This document shows positions 6,137-8,037 of a stretch of 8,037 nt of DNA, piece after piece. The DNA is taken from IMG/VR virus record IMGVR_UViG_2531839237_000019, one strand, 5' to 3'. This stretch comes from a virus (taxonomy: Duplodnaviria > Heunggongvirae > Uroviricota > Caudoviricetes). Below the pieces are notes generated by a model, which was not told where the DNA came from, ran no database searches, and saw only the letters and a program-made list of their open reading frames with translations. Position numbers and translations under genes: made by a program. Position 1 is the first letter of the stretch. Every line of letters begins with the position of its first letter.

Positions 6137-6164
6137 ATGTTGATTACAAAAATGTAATCAACAT
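6137..6164. promoter_or_regulatory. 28-bp perfect palindrome (12-bp arms, 4-bp spacer); candidate dimeric regulator site
   Basis: ATGTTGATTACA-AAAA-TGTAATCAACAT; the arms are exact reverse complements. It lies about 27 bp upstream of a TATAAT hexamer and about 165 bp upstream of the ModA-like gene start. Confidence 0.45.
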
Positions 6165-6190
6165 GTAAGGTTTATACTCTTCAATATGCG

Positions 6191-6196
6191 TATAAT
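6191..6196 (+). promoter_or_regulatory. Candidate -10 hexamer (TATAAT) for the moron gene
   Basis: Perfect TATAAT in an AT-rich region with no convincing -35. A second candidate, TTGACT, lies at 6210-6215. Promoter assignment is unverified. Confidence 0.3.
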
Positions 6197-6328
6197 TTTC
6201 CTTATTTTGTTGACTTTAAATAACAAGCTATGCACGAGGTAAAGTCGGATAAGTTTATCTGGATGTAATATATATTATTTGTAGTGTTTATAACTTTATT
6301 TCATGATAACCAATAAAAGGAGTTTTTT

Positions 6329-7087
6329 ATGAGGAACATAATGGCAGGTTTTTTAATATTCCTGTCTTCTGCTGCTTATGCTGATATCAATCTGTATGGT
6401 CCTGGTGGCCCGCATACAGCCTTGCTTGATGCAGCCAAACTTTATGCCGAAAAAACAGGTATTATAGTGAACGTTCATTACGGCCCACAGAACAAATGGA
6501 ATGAAGATGCCAAAAAAAATGCAGATATCTTGTTTGGCGCATCAGAACAATCTGCTCTGGCTATCATTCGGGACCATAAAGACAGCTTCAGTGAAAAAGA
6601 TATTCAGCCTCTTTATCTGCGAAAAAGTATTTTACTGGTAAAGAAAGGTAATCCTAAAAATATCCGGAGTATTGACGACCTGACCAGACCTGGGATTGGC
6701 GTAATTGTTAATGATGGTGGTGGTACCAGTAATACATCAGGCACTGGCGTCTGGGAAGATATTGCCGGACGTAAAGGGAATATAGAAACTGTCGCCGCAA
6801 TCCGAAAAAATATTATTTTATATGCGCCCAATAGCGGAACTGCACGTAAGGCTCTTGAGAATCAGCCTGGAGCAGATGTCTGGATAACCTGGGCTGACTG
6901 GGCAGCCAGTAATCCAGAAATTGGTGATGTCGTGGAAATAGCGCCAGACTACGTGATATGGCGTGATATGAACATTACAGTACGTCAGGATGCAAATGAT
7001 GAAACCCGTCGATTTGCAGAATGGCTACAAACCGATGAAGCGGCGCCTGCATTCAAAAAATATGGCTGGACCAGGAAAGGCACTTGA
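6329..7087 (+). CDS. Secreted periplasmic substrate-binding protein, ModA-like (type 2 PBP fold), 252 aa
   Basis: AAGGAG SD lies 6 nt before ATG 6329, with a second in-frame ATG at 6341. The N-terminus MRNIMAGFLIFLSSAAYA-DIN looks like a signal peptide with an AYA cleavage motif. The C-terminus ...RRFAEWLQTDEAAPAFKKYGWT aligns with ModA ...KAFYDYLKGPQAAEIFKRYGFT, and the overall pattern matches molybdate/tungstate-type binding proteins. No permease or ATPase genes are adjacent. The gene is AT-rich. Confidence 0.8.
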   Translation: MRNIMAGFLIFLSSAAYADINLYGPGGPHTALLDAAKLYAEKTGIIVNVHYGPQNKWNEDAKKNADILFGASEQSALAIIRDHKDSFSEKDIQPLYLRKSILLVKKGNPKNIRSIDDLTRPGIGVIVNDGGGTSNTSGTGVWEDIAGRKGNIETVAAIRKNIILYAPNSGTARKALENQPGADVWITWADWAASNPEIGDVVEIAPDYVIWRDMNITVRQDANDETRRFAEWLQTDEAAPAFKKYGWTRKGT

Positions 7088-7090
7088 CAT

Positions 7091-7119
7091 CCTCGTCCTT
7101 CAGGACGTGGATTCTTTTT
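7091..7119 (+). terminator. Candidate intrinsic terminator after the binding-protein gene
   Basis: CCTCGTCC-ttca-GGACGTGG hairpin (one mismatch) followed by ATTCTTTTT, starting 4 nt after the stop codon. Confidence 0.4.
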
Positions 7120-7206
7120 CCGGATGCCGCGCCAGCGGCATGTAGGGGCAGCTCACAAAACGGAAAAAATTGTACGCTAAGCCTCGCCAGGTGAACTGAA
7201 TTCATT

Positions 7207-7230
7207 CCGATATGGGAATTCCCATATCGG
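7207..7230. promoter_or_regulatory. 24-bp perfect palindrome upstream of the hok promoter region
   Basis: CCGATATGGG-AATT-CCCATATCGG, exact 10-bp arms. No T-run follows, so a protein-binding site or RNA structure is more likely than a terminator. Confidence 0.35.
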
Positions 7231-7324
7231 GCGAAAACGGTTTGCTGTAACGGCAGAGTTAAGTAGGATTGCTGCGGGTGCTTGAGGCTATCTGCCTCGG
7301 GCATGAACACCAACGGCAGATAGA

Positions 7325-7378
7325 TAAAAGCCCCACCCGACTATAAATCGAAGTGAGGCCCCTATATGCTCGTCACAT
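7325..7378 (-). ncRNA. Predicted Sok-like antisense RNA of the hok locus
   Basis: On the minus strand a TTGACC -35-like hexamer (plus 7404-7409) overlaps the hok SD, with a weak -10 about 17 nt downstream. A hairpin GCCUCAC...GUGGGGC followed by UUUU (plus 7326-7362) could act as terminator. The transcript would be complementary to the SD and ATG of the upstream in-frame leader ORF (ATG 7366). Boundaries are approximate. Confidence 0.25.
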
Positions 7379-7422
7379 ATAGATTGCCTCTTACGGACCG
7401 AAAGGTCAAGGAGAAGCAGGCT

Positions 7423-7578
7423 ATGAAGCAGCAAAAGGCGATGTTAATCGCCCTGATCGTCATCTGTTTAATCGTCATAGTGACGGCACTGGTAACGAGG
7501 AAAGACCTCTGCGAGGTACGAATCCGAACCGGCCAGACGGAGGTCGCTGTCTTCACAGCTTACGAACCTGAGGAGTAA
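7423..7578 (+). CDS. hokD: Hok-family type I toxin (HokD/RelF-like), 51 aa
   Basis: MKQQKAMLIALIVICLIVIVTALVTRKDLCEVRIRTGQTEVAVFTAYEPEE is near-identical to HokD/RelF as recalled; the paralog assignment is from memory. AAGGAG SD at 7408-7413 with a 9-nt spacer. An in-frame upstream extension from ATG 7366 (the 70-aa track ORF) may be the mok-equivalent leader ORF. Confidence 0.9.
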   Translation: MKQQKAMLIALIVICLIVIVTALVTRKDLCEVRIRTGQTEVAVFTAYEPEE

Positions 7579-7647
7579 GAGACCAGGCGGGGGAGAAATC
7601 CCTCGCCACCTCTGATGAATCAGGCATCCTCAACGCACCCGCACTTA

Positions 7648-7673
7648 ACCCGCTTCGGCGGGTTTTGTTTTTT
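7648..7673 (+). terminator. Intrinsic terminator of the hok transcript
   Basis: ACCCGC-ttcg-GCGGGT hairpin followed by TTTGTTTTTT. Confidence 0.7.
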
Positions 7674-7745
7674 CCTGGCATTCTGGTTTACAATTCGCAC
7701 GCCAGCCTGAACAACTGGCACCTGCTGCGCCAGCAGAGACAACCG

Positions 7746-8024
7746 ATGGCGCACGATACCAAATTATACAATTCTGATGATTCTGCCGTCTTTGCCAGCA
7801 GGCGCGGACGGTGTTTTCACGCATTCAAATCTGACTGGTACCAGCATCCCCCATGCACTGAAGAACAGGCCGAATGGCTCATTCAGTGTTACCGCAGGCG
7901 CGGATGCGAGGTTAAAAAAGCCCTTAGCCTCGACTACCGTCACTGGATAATCTCCGTCAGGCTCCCTTACTCCGAACGGCCACCGCGTCCGTCCCGCACA
8001 TTCCAGCAACGGATCTGGAGGTAA
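7746..8024 (+). CDS. Small Cys/His-rich hypothetical protein (92 aa), possibly the rem-position gene next to hokD
   Basis: The track ORF starts at TTG 7665, inside the hok terminator; the first ATG is 7746 (MAHDTKLYNSDD...). It contains CFHAF...HPPC...QCYRRRGC, with spacing suggestive of a metal-binding motif. Position matches the gene adjacent to hokD in Qin from memory; identity is unverified. Confidence 0.45.
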   Translation: MAHDTKLYNSDDSAVFASRRGRCFHAFKSDWYQHPPCTEEQAEWLIQCYRRRGCEVKKALSLDYRHWIISVRLPYSERPPRPSRTFQQRIWR

Positions 8025-8037
8025 TGTGCGGGTATTA

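Noticed and set aside
6137-6164. Assigning the 28-bp palindrome to CRP or FNR
   Set aside because: Half-site spacing and sequence do not fit TGTGA-N6-TCACA or TTGAT-N4-ATCAA.
6613-6831. Minus-strand ORF 6613-6831 inside the binding-protein gene
   Set aside because: Antisense shadow of a gene with clear family similarity.
7053-7556. Minus-strand ORFs 7053-7313 and 7362-7556
   Set aside because: The first spans the terminator, palindromes and hok leader; the second is antisense to hok. A real Sok-like product here would be a short RNA, not these ORFs.
7764-8009. Minus-strand ORF 7764-8009
   Set aside because: Antisense to the Cys/His-rich plus-strand ORF, which has the better start context; the evidence is weak either way.
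1-8037. CRISPR arrays, tRNA or rRNA genes, IS elements and integrase or attachment sites
   Set aside because: No regularly spaced repeats with unique spacers, no cloverleaf-like conserved tRNA segments, and no transposase or integrase-like ORFs in any frame.

Overview
This window reads as the early control and replication region of a lambdoid prophage of the Qin (dicA/dicC) type in an E. coli-like enterobacterium. Leftward (minus strand) runs a dicB-type operon: three small ORFs of 99, 72 and 135 aa, then a DicF-like sRNA at 104-159; dicB itself would lie beyond the window start. A DicA-like repressor (1989-2396, minus) faces a divergent Cro-like DicC (2473-2700), followed on the plus strand by a CII/YdaT-like protein, an O-like initiator with a DnaT-like C-terminal domain, a lambda P-like helicase loader, and a winged-helix gene interrupted by one in-frame amber codon. 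After a stretch of weak coding comes an AT-rich moron encoding a secreted ModA-like periplasmic binding protein, then a hok-type type I toxin locus and a small Cys/His-rich ORF. The most unusual items are the solitary binding-protein moron with a 28-bp perfect palindrome in its promoter, iteron-like repeats inside the initiator gene, the amber-interrupted gene, and an extra convergent gene pair inside the dicB-type operon. All family assignments rest on sequence recalled from memory and on gene order; no database search was run.
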